64,000 bases of DNA, taken from the NCBI GenBank assembly GCA_043228905.1, contig JBHGNT010000003.1:4030001-4094000 (forward strand). Direction: 5' to 3'. The translations under genes were made by a program, and so were the position numbers. This DNA comes from Azolla caroliniana (lineage: Eukaryota; Plantae; Polypodiophyta). A model generated the notes under the pieces. It made no database searches. It saw only the letters and a program-made list of their open reading frames with translations, and was not told where the DNA came from. Shown piece by piece: positions 25,089 through 37,949 of the stretch; the first letter of the stretch is position 1; every line of letters starts with the position of its first letter.

Positions 25089-28000
25089 CTACTATGATAA
25101 ACAAATTAGGCGAATCTAAAATACTATTTACTTATTACAATATAACTAGACGAATCAACAAATTTGTGATGAGAATCAACATGTATTTCAAACATATGTA
25201 GTGGAGGATAGGTTGAAAATCGAGAGGGAATTATGTACAACAAATTATCTTAGCACAAAAAAAGCACAAAAAAAGCACAAAAAGAATATGAGAATAGACA
25301 AGAATAAATCACAAGGAGACATGTATATTTCATTATTAGCTTGCATTTGTATTGTCATCTTGTTTTAATATATACGTCACTTTTGTAAAATGAAGTTGAG
25401 GGCTGATTTTGGTACCCAATAGAGAATGTTGCAACTTTGAAAAGGATCGTTGAAAGTCTAGTCATTTAACAATATTATTTATCTTTCATGGATCATTTAA
25501 ATGGTGAAAATGTTTTATACTTGTAAATTTACCCCAAGATTCCTTTCCTAACTTGCACACATCTCTTAACTCCAAAAAATGTTGTTTTTTATCATTTGCT
25601 TCTTGTTAAACATATTATATTCAATCAATTTTATGTTCTATTACATCGTATGAGTTCAAACTCAAATATTTATGGGTTCATGAAAACTCGACAATTATTA
25701 CCTTACATTTTTATTGTTCTCTTGTTTTAATAATACACTACTTTTTTTCTCTTGATCTTTTCCTTCAATATTGTTTGTAATATATTTGTTCCCTCAATTT
25801 CTTTCACATTTACATACATGGACTTGCATGTGTGCGTAAGCTAATGTGAGTAATCCTCTTTCATATTTATTTTTTGATAGATTCGAAGATCTATAGTGGA
25901 AACTTGATCCTTGATTGCCTCGTAATCTTCCATATATCCAAGGTATTTTAATTTGCTTATTCTTTTTAGAAAACATGGATTGTGTATGTATGTTTCCCCT
26001 TCTTTTAAATGGAATCCATAGATTATGCTAGTCCAATGTACTCGACATTATTGTTACAGTAAGTCCCACAACAAAAATACAAAAGGCAAAGGAAAGCAAA
26101 TCAGTCTCTTTACAATGCCTGATTTTAGGAAAAACTTGTCATCTTCCAATGAAGATGTGTCTCTAGGAGAGCCTATAAAGGACCATCAACCCTCTCACGA
26201 GTTATTTCATGAGATGAATAGAATTAGTAAGGCCAAACTAAAATTTCAAGAAGATTGGCCTACTAAATTTAAGTGGCTTCAAGAGGATTTGGAAACAGGT
26301 CTTTTATGGTGTAGTTATTGTAGGAGTGATCCTCATTGTAAGTCTTCATTTGGCAAAACGAGTGCCAGAAACTTTAAGACTTCTGCATTAGAAGAACATG
26401 CAAGAAGTGTCGCCCATCGAGATGCCATTTTATTCCAAGAATGAGACAAGAATGGTCTTGAAAAATGTGCATCAAAGAAAAAAGCTAATGTGGATGTAGC
26501 AATTGAAAATTTGTTTAAATGTGCATATTTTAAGCAAAAGAGGGTTTGACATTTAGAAAATTGGAAACCCTCTTACGATTGTTAAGAGAATGTGCTGTGG
26601 AAGGCCTTCCACGAATGTATAATGATAATAAGGCTTGTGCAAGCTTTATCTTGCACATTAGCAAGGCTCTTGAAGCCGAGATATATGATAGGGTGAGGAC
26701 AAGTCCTTGGTTTGGGCTTATGGTAGATGAAGCTACTGATGTAAGCATAACTAAGAACTTGATCCTTTACGCTACATTTGTAGAAGGAAGGCAAGTAAAA
26801 ACCTCTTAATTGGGGGTACTTGAAGTAGAGGATGGTACAGTGAACACAATAATAGAAAGCATTTTAGCATTGTTAAAAAAGTGGAACCTTGATGTTAGAA
26901 AAATGATGGGATTTGGAAGTGATGGAGCATTTGTTATGGTAGGTATGTCTACAGGTGTTGTTACAAGATTGAAGTCATATAATCCATTTATGACTTCCTT
27001 ACATTGTTCTGCACATCGAACAAACTTGTGTGTGTAAGAGGCTTCGAAGAACATTGAAGTCAAAGAAACATGCAAGCAGTTAGATGCCCTTGTGAATCGG
27101 GTGGCTGCACATTTCTCGAGGAGCTCAATGCGCCAAGGTGAATTAACTAAGATGCAAGATGCATTAGAATACACACATTTGCATATTCTTGGGATTGTGA
27201 AGACACGATGACTTAGTCGGCATGGTGCTATCATGAGGGTATGCAATGTGTATGAACCCTTGATGAAGACTTTGCAATCGCAAAGTGATGCATACAATGT
27301 ATTCTTAAGTTTAAGAAACTTCAAAGTAGTGTATATGTTTCACTTCCTTGCAGATGTACTTAAGATCATGTCTACGTTAAGCATGGAATTCCAAAAGGAA
27401 TATGTGGATGTGACATGCATTGGAGGTTTGGCTATGATAGCCATTGGGGAGATAGAAGAACAATTTCTACATCATGTTATGATGGATCTCAATGGTTTTG
27501 AGAAGGATAGCTATAATTATCCAATTATTCCAGAATATGGTAGAGAAAAAGGAATGCTTTCAGTTTTACGAGATGCTATAAAAGGTAATATATATAAAAG
27601 CATCCTCATGGATAGATGTATTGATGGTGAGGACTTAATTGAAGCCATACGATTCCAAACTTTGTTTTCTAAGGCATTAATAGAGACAATAAAAAAAAGG
27701 CTTCAAGATCCGGTGACTCTTTCTGCGTTGAAAATGTTATCACCAATGAACATGTCTACCGGATCTACAAGCATTTTAGCACGAAAAAGTATGGGTATTA
27801 ATGAGTTGAAAACACTTGGAAATTTTTATGGCATTCAAAAAATTATAGATGGGAAAGCGTTTTCTCCCATAATTGATAATGATAAACTGTATGATGAATA
27901 TGCAATTTTCAAAAGGCAAGCCACTAGGGAATGGCTTGGAAGAGATTTCTTAGATGTTTGGGGTATGATAAATTGTAATGATGCGTGGAAAGAAAAGCTA

Positions 28001-28654
28001 CCCGAACTTCTAAAGCTTTCATTGATAGGATTAATCCAATGTTCTTCTATGGCAGCATGTGAGAGAGGCTTTAGTCGCCTAAATCTAATAAAAAATAAGT
28101 TTAGAAATAGGTTAAAAAGAAATGCGGTTGATGCATTGATATGAATCTCTATTGAAGGACCTGACCTAGAAGAACATGACTTTAGTGCCAACATTTTGTT
28201 GTGGCAAGAAAGCAAGGCATATCGTCATATTTTTACAGGAACTTCTCATGAGCATGATGATGACATTGAGGACTTCATAGAAGATATAGATTGAAACATT
28301 ATAAATTTGATTGATTTTGTTTTGGAACTTTCTATATACTAGATCTAATTTGATCTAATATGTTGTTAATGCTACTTTACAAAGTTTTGAAAAGTGAAAT
28401 TTGTTTAAAAAGTTAGAATTTTTTTTGGTAAATATATATCTTTAGTTTTTGGGATCCAAAATTTTGTGATTGATTTGTTTTGGTATTGCGCTAGATTTTT
28501 TTTTTGATTTGGTATATGGCCATTTTTTTTTTTAACATGTTCCGGTTGACATTGTCGCTAGTAGGAACGTGGCCGGCTGAAATTTTAAAATTCCGGTTAG
28601 GTTTATGAGAAGTAGGAAAATTTCCGGTATGGGCTAGAGACTTTGCCCAACACT
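25089..28654 (+). mobile_element. hAT DNA transposon (ZNF862-like transposase); left end lost
   Basis: Transposase motifs; right end ...TTTGCCCAACACTA (TAGTG-type TIR) abuts resumed copia RT sequence at 28655. Confidence 0.75.
26025..28294 (+). pseudogene. hAT/ZNF862-like transposase with several stops and a frameshift
   Basis: WLQE..LWCSYC zinc finger, LMVDEATDVS, FGSDGA, LHCSAHRTNL, KTR*LSR, SSMAACERGFSRLNLIK (hAT dimerisation domain). Confidence 0.85.
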
Positions 28655-28966
28655 AGATCCAACCCCCTTGTTTCCAATAAGAGATGAACAAGCCGGCAGT
28701 GTGCCGACTCAATAAGTCGCTTTAAGGTCTGAAGCAAGCCCCTCGAGCATGGAATGCGAAGATCACACACCGGTTGCATAAGATGGGGTTTGCGGCCTCA
28801 AAGTCCAACTCGTCACTGTTCATCCGGAACAGTTCGGTGGCCCAGTTTGTATCCTGCTATATGTAGATGATTTAGTCATCACCAGACCCAGACTTAATGA
28901 AATAGACCGAGTGAAGTCCCAACTGTCGAACGCAATTGAAATGAAGGACCTAGGGGACCTTCATTA

Positions 28967-29742
28967 ACGCCTCTACCAAAAAGTTTTTGCTTCCCATTTC
29001 AAATCTGTGTTCGGCTTCTATTTTTGTCTGCGGTGCCCTGGGATTGGCTTCGAGCTCTTCTTGGTCAGAGAAACTTCCTTGACTGATTGGGTAGAGGACT
29101 CTCGACTCTATCTCACGGACCGCATTTTCAGTGCCATGAAGCTAGACCAGTGAGCTATTACGCTTTCTTTGAAGGATGGTTGCTTCTTGAATAGGACTTG
29201 GCCGGCTTCTTTTTTCTAGTTTACCGTTCTAATCTGTCTTCACATCCATAGCTTGCTTTTTTGCGTTGTCGTAGAGCTTGAATCTACTGATCTGAGCATT
29301 CGCTCATATTCTGAAAGATGTGTCGTACCTTTCCGAACATACGGATCTACGATTTTTGAAAATGTTAGACACCAAGACGACGTAGGGTTGGTTAGGTACC
29401 GTTCATTTATCTATTTCTAAGGGCATGATAGATCGACACTTCGCTATGCTAGTTTATTACCCTAACCAGAACCGCCCCTTCTCAACTCTTTTCTTAAAAC
29501 CTCCTAATCTGCCGATGGATTATATTTTCTCAACGTTTTTCGCTAATACTTGTGGAAGCTTTCTGTTTTAGTGCACCAGAAAGGGCAGGACCTAGCCCAT
29601 GAGCTTACTTCCTCAGGTCGGAATAGGCTGAGAGTATAATTCTATCCCAAGGGATGAATAATGGGGTGGGAAGCCAACACGGAAAGAAAAGAAAAGAAGG
29701 TCGAGCAACTCAAGTGAGGCGAACCTTAAAAGGGAAGGAAGG
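28967..29742. other. Probable nuclear mitochondrial DNA insertion (NUMT) interrupting the copia RT
   Basis: Copia sequence CATTA | TTCTTGGG is contiguous in the sister element (48234-48248) apart from 2 bp; the insert contains an LSU rRNA fragment. Confidence 0.7.
29123..29187 (-). rRNA. rrn26: Short fragment of organellar large-subunit rRNA (GTPase-associated centre), most like plant mitochondrial 26S; non-functional
   Basis: Reverse complement AGAAGCAACCATCCTTCAAAGAAAGCGTAATAGCTCACTGGTCTAGCTTCATGGCACTGAAAATG. Confidence 0.75.
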
Positions 29743-31167
29743 TTCTTGGGATTGAGGTGATCCGGACCCCCGACGGCATATTGCTCTCACAAAGACACTA
29801 TGTGCTGAATATGTTGTACAAGTTCGAAATGACGGAATGCCAACCAATCTTCACACCCTTGAACTGGAAACTGAAACTACGTCCCAACTCCAGCCTGGCC
29901 TGCGATGAGAAACGGTTCTGACAAATTGTCGGAAGCCTCATATACTTGACAATCACTCGACCCGACGTCAGTTACCTTGTTGAAGTGATCAGCCAGTTCA
30001 TGCAACAGCCGATTATCGAGCACCTTCAGTGCGCACACCCAATACTCCGGTATGTTAGCGACACGAAGGATCGGGGACTGTTATATCGACACGGTATAGC
30101 TAGGAAGCTAGTCGGATATACCGATGCCGATTGGGTCGGTGATGCATCGGATCACCGATCCACCTCCAGTTACATGTTTTCTCTTGGTAGCGCGGTTGTT
30201 GCGTGGAGTAGCAAAAAGCAGCCAATAGTGGCTCTGTCGAGCACTGAGGCTGAATACCGGGGCGCTACCATTGCCACCTGTGAAACCATTTGGCTTCAAC
30301 GACAGCTGCGAGACCTTCGGATCGAGGTGCCGACCCCGATCCTAATTTATTGGGACAACGTAAGCAGCATATAGCTCGCCAAGAACCCTGTATTCTATGC
30401 TCGGACAAAGCACATAGAAGTGCATTATCACTTTGTTCGTGAGCCGGTCCTGAGCGGTGAAGTTGAACTTCGGTATGTTCACAAGGATCGGCAGGTTGCC
30501 GACATCTTCACCAAGCCGCTCGGATTGGACAAGTTGCAACATTTTTCGAAGATGCTCAACATTCAACATCTCGATGAGCCGCACTTTAGGGGGCGAACAG
30601 GAACGGGAACGTATGGCACCGGACAAGTAGCCGGAGAGGAAGAAAGAACCAAGGGGGGAGATGAGAAAATAAAGGAAGTTGAGCCGACCGAAGGATTCGG
30701 CACATCTGAACAAGCCGGAGCAAACGGTAGTGGCGACAGAGTCAAGAAGGACAGAGCCAACTAGATGAAGGCCAAAACCTAGATGTGGTCCGATGTGGTG
30801 AAGGGCCTAAAAACAAAAGACGAGTTGGAGACTACCAACTTGGACAAGAGTTGGAATGAATCAGAGGAAGCCGATTCGGTTCAAGATTCGGAGAAGCCCG
30901 ATCAACTAAAGGCCACGGGGACGAGAAGGCAACAGATGTCGACAAACGCCGGAGTCATAGTATCGAAGGAGCTGAAATGGGCCTGTTGAGCAGACAAGCC
31001 AACCAAGGAGGTCGAGGTGTGCAGTACCGGACGGGTCGCGGGAAGCAGAACCGATCAGACGAGGAGTGCGAGCAAGGTAGGAGGATACCAAAAGGAGCTA
31101 GATGGAAGGACCGACTTCCACAGACACTAACACCACGATCCGACCTCAAGTTGAGTTTGAGGGGGAG

Positions 31168-31504
31168 TGTTGACTAGGCAAGCTCAACCGGATCCAGATC
31201 GGCTGAATAAACCTGAGCCAGATTGGCATCCGAAGCCAAGAGCCAAATTGGTATCCGGAAACAACCGACCGGATCAGGGAGACAGATCGGAGAGCCGGAT
31301 TTGAGTGCGAACCGGAAGCCCAGTAATAGCCTAGACTACTAGGTAGTTGTTGTCTCGTAGTTAGTGTCAATCGCTCGTAGGAGCATTGAAGTACACTATA
31401 CTTCTGTCAGTCCTTCTAACGACTTGTATGAATGGTCATGTGTAAGCACATTGTATGTAAACAGAGTTACAGAGTGTTATTTTTTTAATAGAGTTTTATG
31501 TTCT

Positions 31505-31560
<56 letters not shown>

Positions 31561-31661
31561 GCAAATATTCTCTGTGTTAAGCTTCCATTGAAACTTCCTC
31601 TCTAACTGTTGCTATCCGGTTGAGCCGGTTTGTCGAACGCTTTCACACGTTTACTTTGACA
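31168..31661 (+). repeat. 3' LTR of copia 1 (contains a long CT microsatellite ~31506-31558)
   Basis: TGTTGA...TTTGACA followed by TSD ATTAT. Confidence 0.9.
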
Positions 31662-31983
31662 ATTATGACATGCACAAACATGAACTGTTCCTTATATTGA
31701 AAGGTGTGTATCTTTTTGCTACTCAATGATATTCTTCTAATTTTGTTGTGCTAGAGGGATTATATATGTGCTTGTGAACGTTGCCACTAGTTAGGGATGG
31801 GATGAATTATACGTATAATTCATACTTATGTTAATCGGTCTTGAGAATGTTGAGTATTTGAGAATTGATCTTGGACATATGATACACCATTAATTAGTTG
31901 ATATGATTGGTTCCTTGCAATTCTGGATATGCGAGAATTAAGGAAACATCTTTGTAATTTAATATCCTCTTATGTATTGTGTC

Positions 31984-32441
31984 TGTTGAGAATCAAGCTC
32001 AACCTCATTTAGTGTGTGAATACACCCTTTCAGAATCTATGAGCACTCAAAGGTCAAAAGTCGCACCACTATTCACTACACATTAACTATGTGTCATAGA
32101 ATCATATTGTATGACACATAACTAATGAGTCTCATAATCCCCATGACTAATGGGTCTTCACATTCCCCAAGAGAGTGGTTGTTGTAGTGAGTTAATGAAG
32201 AGAGAATGTAACCTTATATAAAGCACTCTCCTCCTACTTAATAGAGTGTCGATTGTCCTCCATTGTAATGTTACATTTTGTAGTTGGTATTCTCCTTGTT
32301 AATACACCCTTCTTCTCGAGTACTTCATTTCTTTTTATCAATCTATCTAGTGTTGCTCTTCTCTTGTCTCTTTTCTCTCACACATATACACACATAACAC
32401 ACAACTCTTCCGCTGCACAAAATCATATCCGATTCTTTACA
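31984..32441 (+). mobile_element. Solo LTR (copia family related to the 3966-4321 LTR)
   Basis: TGTTGAGAATCAAGCTCAAC...TTTACA with TSD GTGTC on both sides. Confidence 0.88.
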
Positions 32442-33443
32442 GTGTCAAAGGATAAATGACATTGTAAAGTGAAGTAGGGATACACCTTGTCCCTTTCGTA
32501 TGTAATAGCATATTGTATTTTCGAAAGTATTCATGTATATCATTCCTGGACTTTAAGAGTGTCCTTTATTCTTTAGCTTAAATCTATCGATCATAAAACC
32601 TTCATAATATTCACGGTATAATATCCAAGAAAAGAAAGAAAGAAAGAAAGATATATTAACGTCTTCTAACGCCAAATTTGGCCCATCAGACAATTGGTTT
32701 ACAACAAAAGAGTATTTATCCAGTCATCATAAGAGCAATTGTAACAATTTTGTGACATGTACTTAGTCAACATGGCACATGTTTTTATGTTAGAAATTCT
32801 TACTTTTATTCATGTTTACAAGAGGAATTGTTAGCTTGGACATTTACAAAACCCACCATGTGATGCGTCATATAAGTCCAATAACGTATCTAATGTATTC
32901 TTCCTAGAATAAAGCACTATATGCACAACACAAAGCTATCTTCTAATGCTTCTAGAGCATGCAACATCATTTCTTTTCCAACAATGTGTTAATTGACATA
33001 TATATTAGAAATTCCAATAAATCATATTGAATGCAGGTGATGTGTATGAAAGTTTGGCTAGAGACCCATGCGAAAGTGTAAGATAAATAAGTGAGTTCAC
33101 TCATGAATGTTAGGATAGTTTAGGCAAGGCCTACCCGATAAAGGGATCTAAGTTGTGTATATTTTACTAATGGAGTATATTCTTTTTTGGTGAAAAGAAG
33201 AAATTCAAGTAAATCATACACATTACTTAGAAACAGAGAAAAGAAAACATTATACAATTGTGATTACATATATGAGAATACAAATTTGGGCTAAATTGTT
33301 ATATAATATATAACAAGACAAATATTTTTAACACCAAAAACCCAAGTAGGTTTGATCAACAAATGGATAAAAGTTTGGAATACTATTTCAAAAGTAGCCT
33401 TCATAAACCAAGGAGAGAATGTTTCTATTAAATTAGTTTAGCT

Positions 33444-36190
33444 TCATAGGAAGGGCCTTTGATCTTCATAGTGTTTCTTCCATAACCACGCAACTCGAGT
33501 ACCACCATCTATTTTGCCATGCCAAAGACAAAACTTCTCAACTATGTTTTGGTCTGTCACGCCTCCATTGTCTTCTAATATGAAGGGCAAGCATGTTTGC
33601 CATTCTTTCAAATACTCTAATGTACTTGGACATACATGAGAGGTTTTCAACGAAGTAGATCTACCAAATTTGGATTTAATAATACTTGAGACCATAGGGT
33701 GCTCTTTTGCTAGTTTGAGGTGGGGCGTCCAATGAGGTATAAAAGAGGTTGGAAGTGGAGCCACAAAATTAATACCAAGTTTAATAGCTAAAGTCAAAAT
33801 AGAAAAGAAAAAATTAATATATGGAAGAGGTTTTTGTAGACTCTCTGAATGAGACTCTGACCAAGATATGAAGGTGATTCCTGGTTGGTTTTCCACGGGG
33901 TGTGGTAATGTTGGATGCTCGCAATACAAATGGATTTGCACGGATAATGCTCCAAGTATTGAGGTTACCAAACTTGGAAGGTTCTTGTTATGACCATTAT
34001 TTGTAATAATGGCAACACATGGGAGTCGCATATCAACCTTGTTCTTCATAGCCAACTTCAATAGCTCACATATAGATTTCTCAACCTTGGTCATGACATC
34101 TTTCCTCAAAGATTGAATTTCACGATGTATTGCATCCATCTTCTCTAAGAGCTCTTTATGATTGGCATCCATCTTATGATATAAAATTGAGATTGTCTTT
34201 GCCATGACCTTGATAGATCTTACCTCAACATTAATTGTTGCCTCCAATTTTTTATCTTGTAGATGTTGCAACAAGCAATTTTTGAAGTGTTCATTGTTCA
34301 TATTTTCTTCGCTATGTCGTTCTCTAGTTTGATTGAATTCATCATTCTCGGAGTAATATAATGGATTTTCTGCCTCTTGCTCGAGCCATGCGTTACATGA
34401 CGCAAGAACTTCCACCTAAATCTTAGAACCGAGGAGATCACTGAAATGATTTGGCAAATGACCACACCTTTGGTTAGGAGTCCATTTCCAATCATAAGAG
34501 TGTTGCTCGCCTTATTCAAGTTTTTTTCTGAGTTGCTACTTCAAATAGGTTATTTCCACATATTGATCTTCTCTATCTTTTGCCCTTGATGGAAAACATA
34601 AGCAGTCAGGCCGAATGACGCTCTCGATTAGCTTAACCCCTTAAATGCCAATGGGTTGGGCACATATCGTAATCAAGGTTTTGATGATATGTTTTTCCAC
34701 ATAAGCTAACATCATTGGTATATGACATTCTTGACACTTGGTTGGATGATCAGCCCGAATGAGCACATCTATGACATGGTCTGATTTTGCTTTGCAAATC
34801 ACAATGATGATCTCTTTATTGGGAAAACAAATATATATGACATCTTTGCTCAACGTGTCTCTGAATTATTGGAAGAAATTTTTAAATAATATCTGAATCC
34901 TCAGAAATAATCCTAGTGTAAGAAATGTGAGCTTTTGGTCTTCACATTGTAGCCTTCTACCCATGTGCAGAAGAATATCAGTGGAATCATCATTTACATT
35001 ATATGTGCATGTTGATGACCTCCATCGAAGTTTCTCCATACCTGAGCCATATGTCAATAAGGTTGGGATAAAGATACAATCCACATTGCTATTGGGGACA
35101 CTATGGTTAATGGTTACTTTGCAGCATAGGTGCATTGCTTCCATCAAGTCTACTAGTAATGAGCCCTTAACATTAGTGTTGGTAATGGATTCCAAGAGCT
35201 CCTCCAAGAAATCTCACTGGGGGAATTCAGTGTCAAATACAATAGTATCCTTACATACTTTAGAGTTTGAGAAACCAATGAGGCTTCCCATGATCTCATT
35301 GCAGAACCAATTGGGATAAAAAATGATGTGGTTGATTCCGTTTATGTATATGATGCTACTGAACTCATTCAAGGATAGGGCGATTGCGTTAAATTTAGCT
35401 TTGTCATTGGAAAAATGGAGTGGATAGCATATCTCTTTGAACTTGTTCCATGTAATGATTCGTTCATTTGAGTTTTTCAAATGATTGGAGAGATGTTCAC
35501 CTACTTGTGTATAGATGTTGTACAGTTGAATGCCTTGGAGCATGTCTTTAGCAATGTCGAAGATGCAGACCAGTAAAGATCTCATAGAATCCTGCTTCCT
35601 TGCATCCACATCGAACACACGATTAGCAATGGCACTCACCCCTTTAAATTTTCATCGAAGTGAATCAATGGAACGTGAGAGAGAGCGAGAGAAAAACTCC
35701 ATTTGGTCTGCTCGAGTGAATACCACGATCACTTTGAGGGCAATGTTGGACCTATCGCTTTTGGAGGCAAGGAACCTGAGCCAGTACCTGAAACTGTCTA
35801 CGATGTTGGACTCTGTTTTCTTCCCTCCTTTCTTATGATTTTTGCTCTCCATGGGACTCCAAACGAACATGAACATGAATGGAAGCTTATAAGAGCTGGC
35901 TCCTATGTCCGGGAACATGCAGTTGTGGAATGCGTGGAACTCTTGCTGGCCTGCCATGTCCCACATTGACACTTGAATTCCGTCTCTTTCGATGGCTCTC
36001 ACCTCGATTCCTTTTGTGCGAGCTTGTGCAGGAAACAGGGCTCTCATAAACTTATCTCTCTTGCGTGGGGGGCTATAGATGTAACGCATGGTGGATACAA
36101 AGAGTAGTCTTTCCTGCGCCAAAACAAAATGCAGTGCAAGTGCGCTAGTGTGCGTTTATCCTCATCAATGGATGTCGCAGATGAACAATT
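33444..36190 (-). pseudogene. TRN1-like: TORNADO1-like Roco gene, copy B: 5'-truncated, multiple stops and frameshifts
   Basis: Highly similar in nucleotide sequence to copy A; broken into ORFs 35652-36122, 35214-35639, 34866-35207, 34641-34853 and 33444-34415; intron acceptor TTTGGCGCAG/GAAAG retained but donor deleted. Confidence 0.9.
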
Positions 36191-37949
36191 TTTTATAATT
36201 AGTTTTACTCCCTTACACATGTCATTCAATGTTTTACATTATTCGAAGAGCTCGATATCATGACAGGTACTTCTACCTCTTATGGCACGACAAGCAGTAG
36301 ATTCATATCTTTCATTTTCTTCTTCTTTTGGAAGTCTAGGACTAGGTATTCTCGATCACAACTTGGACAAGTTGTTTTATTTATGACATGTACTCCTACC
36401 TCTTATGAAACAACAAGCATTAGATAATATCTCTCATTTTCTGATGTTGAACATGGTAAGAAAGATCAAGGGAAGGTGGATTCTTCCACACATTAGGTAC
36501 CTAGCTTTGTAGGGAGACATGAAGGAAAGTAGACGCTTTCCACATAAAAAACTCCTAAAACTTCTTGTGATATAGCTGGTTGATTTCTTTTCCTCAAATT
36601 ATGGAGGTAAACTTTGATAACAATGGAAGGATCACAAATCTCTGATTCATAAAAGCAGTTGAGGGAGTCAAGATGAAGCTTAATTGTCTTTTTGTAGTCT
36701 CAGGAGTAGAAGAATGCATAGGCATAAAAAGAGGTAAGAAAACACTCAGACTGGCCCATTTCTATAAGTTTTTAATGCATGATTATCTCATGTTAAACCT
36801 GGAAGAAATTTTCTCTGCTAATTAAAACCCCAAATGCTTGCAATTATTTAAATAATCTTTAAGTGTTCAAACTGAAAGGACAAGTACATCTAAATTTGAC
36901 TATATTAGAATCTTCCAAAATTTTGGTGTCAAATGATTTCAATAAATTCTAGGAAAAATATATATTTCAAATTCACTGAAGGAAGTACCTTTTTTCACAA
37001 ATCTATTATCAAGTGTACATTTCACATAAGAGTATTTCGGTGTTGCATCTGGTTGATACCTTCATAACCTTTTGATGAGTAAAAAATATTTGAGCACTTT
37101 ACCCCTGATCTTAATATGTAGTTAGTGTATTTCACACTCAGATTGCGTTGTCACATTTACTTGTTCATTCCCTTGGAATCGTCAATTGAATTCCATGTAT
37201 GTATTTATACACTCATATCTTTTCCATTGGTTACAATGAGCATTTTCCCCTTGCATATACAAAACAAATATATCTTCTTTCAACAGGCACCATTAATTTG
37301 CTTTGGAACTATACCCTCGTGATTTTTCCATTCTTGCGTGTGACCTTTCAATAGCCTGATTCACCATCCCCGCAATGAAGAAAGTAGTAGTGGAAGGGCT
37401 GGATACTAATGGATCTGGGTAGAGGTATCTACACTAGTACATCGTGCAAAGTATTCAGTACATATTTCCAAAGCAAGCGAAGCATCCGTGATGGTAGGAG
37501 AAATGACCTTCATCTGTCAATGACAAGGATGGCGAGATCGTGGTCCACAAATATGGGGCCTAATTGCATGAAAAATTGAAAGTACCAATCTATTATAACC
37601 CCTTTGCAATGTCCCAGTTGGGAGCTCCCTTGTGTGGCCCTTGATTAACTTGCAACATGAATAGGAGTGATGGGGCTAAGGAAAGTTGTTATTGTTCTTT
37701 GTTGATGTGCTTCTGTGGTTGTATTGTTTTCCTTCACCAACTTCTCCCTGTGTTTCTTGAGTTCTAACAAGAACAACCCCAAGCATCATTGGTCCTCATA
37801 TTCCATTACCTTCTATGATGGGCCAAAAGCCATGGTTAAAGAGGCAATTATATTTCCTATATCATTAACAAACACTACAATGAAAATTATACACTCCCAT
37901 ATTCCACTTCTTCATGACACAATTGGGCTAATTCTTTTTTCTAAATGTA

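Larger units (their letters stand above)
9720..31661 (+). mobile_element. Ty1/copia element 1 (old, decayed), host of the nested insertions
   Basis: LTRs 9720-10181 and 31168-31661; TSD ATTAT on both sides; PBS TGGTATCAGAG (iMet type) at 10182; PPT before 31168. Gag/PR/INT fragments 10275-12800; RT/RNase H fragments 28655-28966 and 29743-30600. Confidence 0.92.

Noticed and set aside
29123-29187. Functional rRNA gene or bacterial contamination
   Set aside because: Only ~65 bp, and embedded in an insert that splits otherwise contiguous copia sequence
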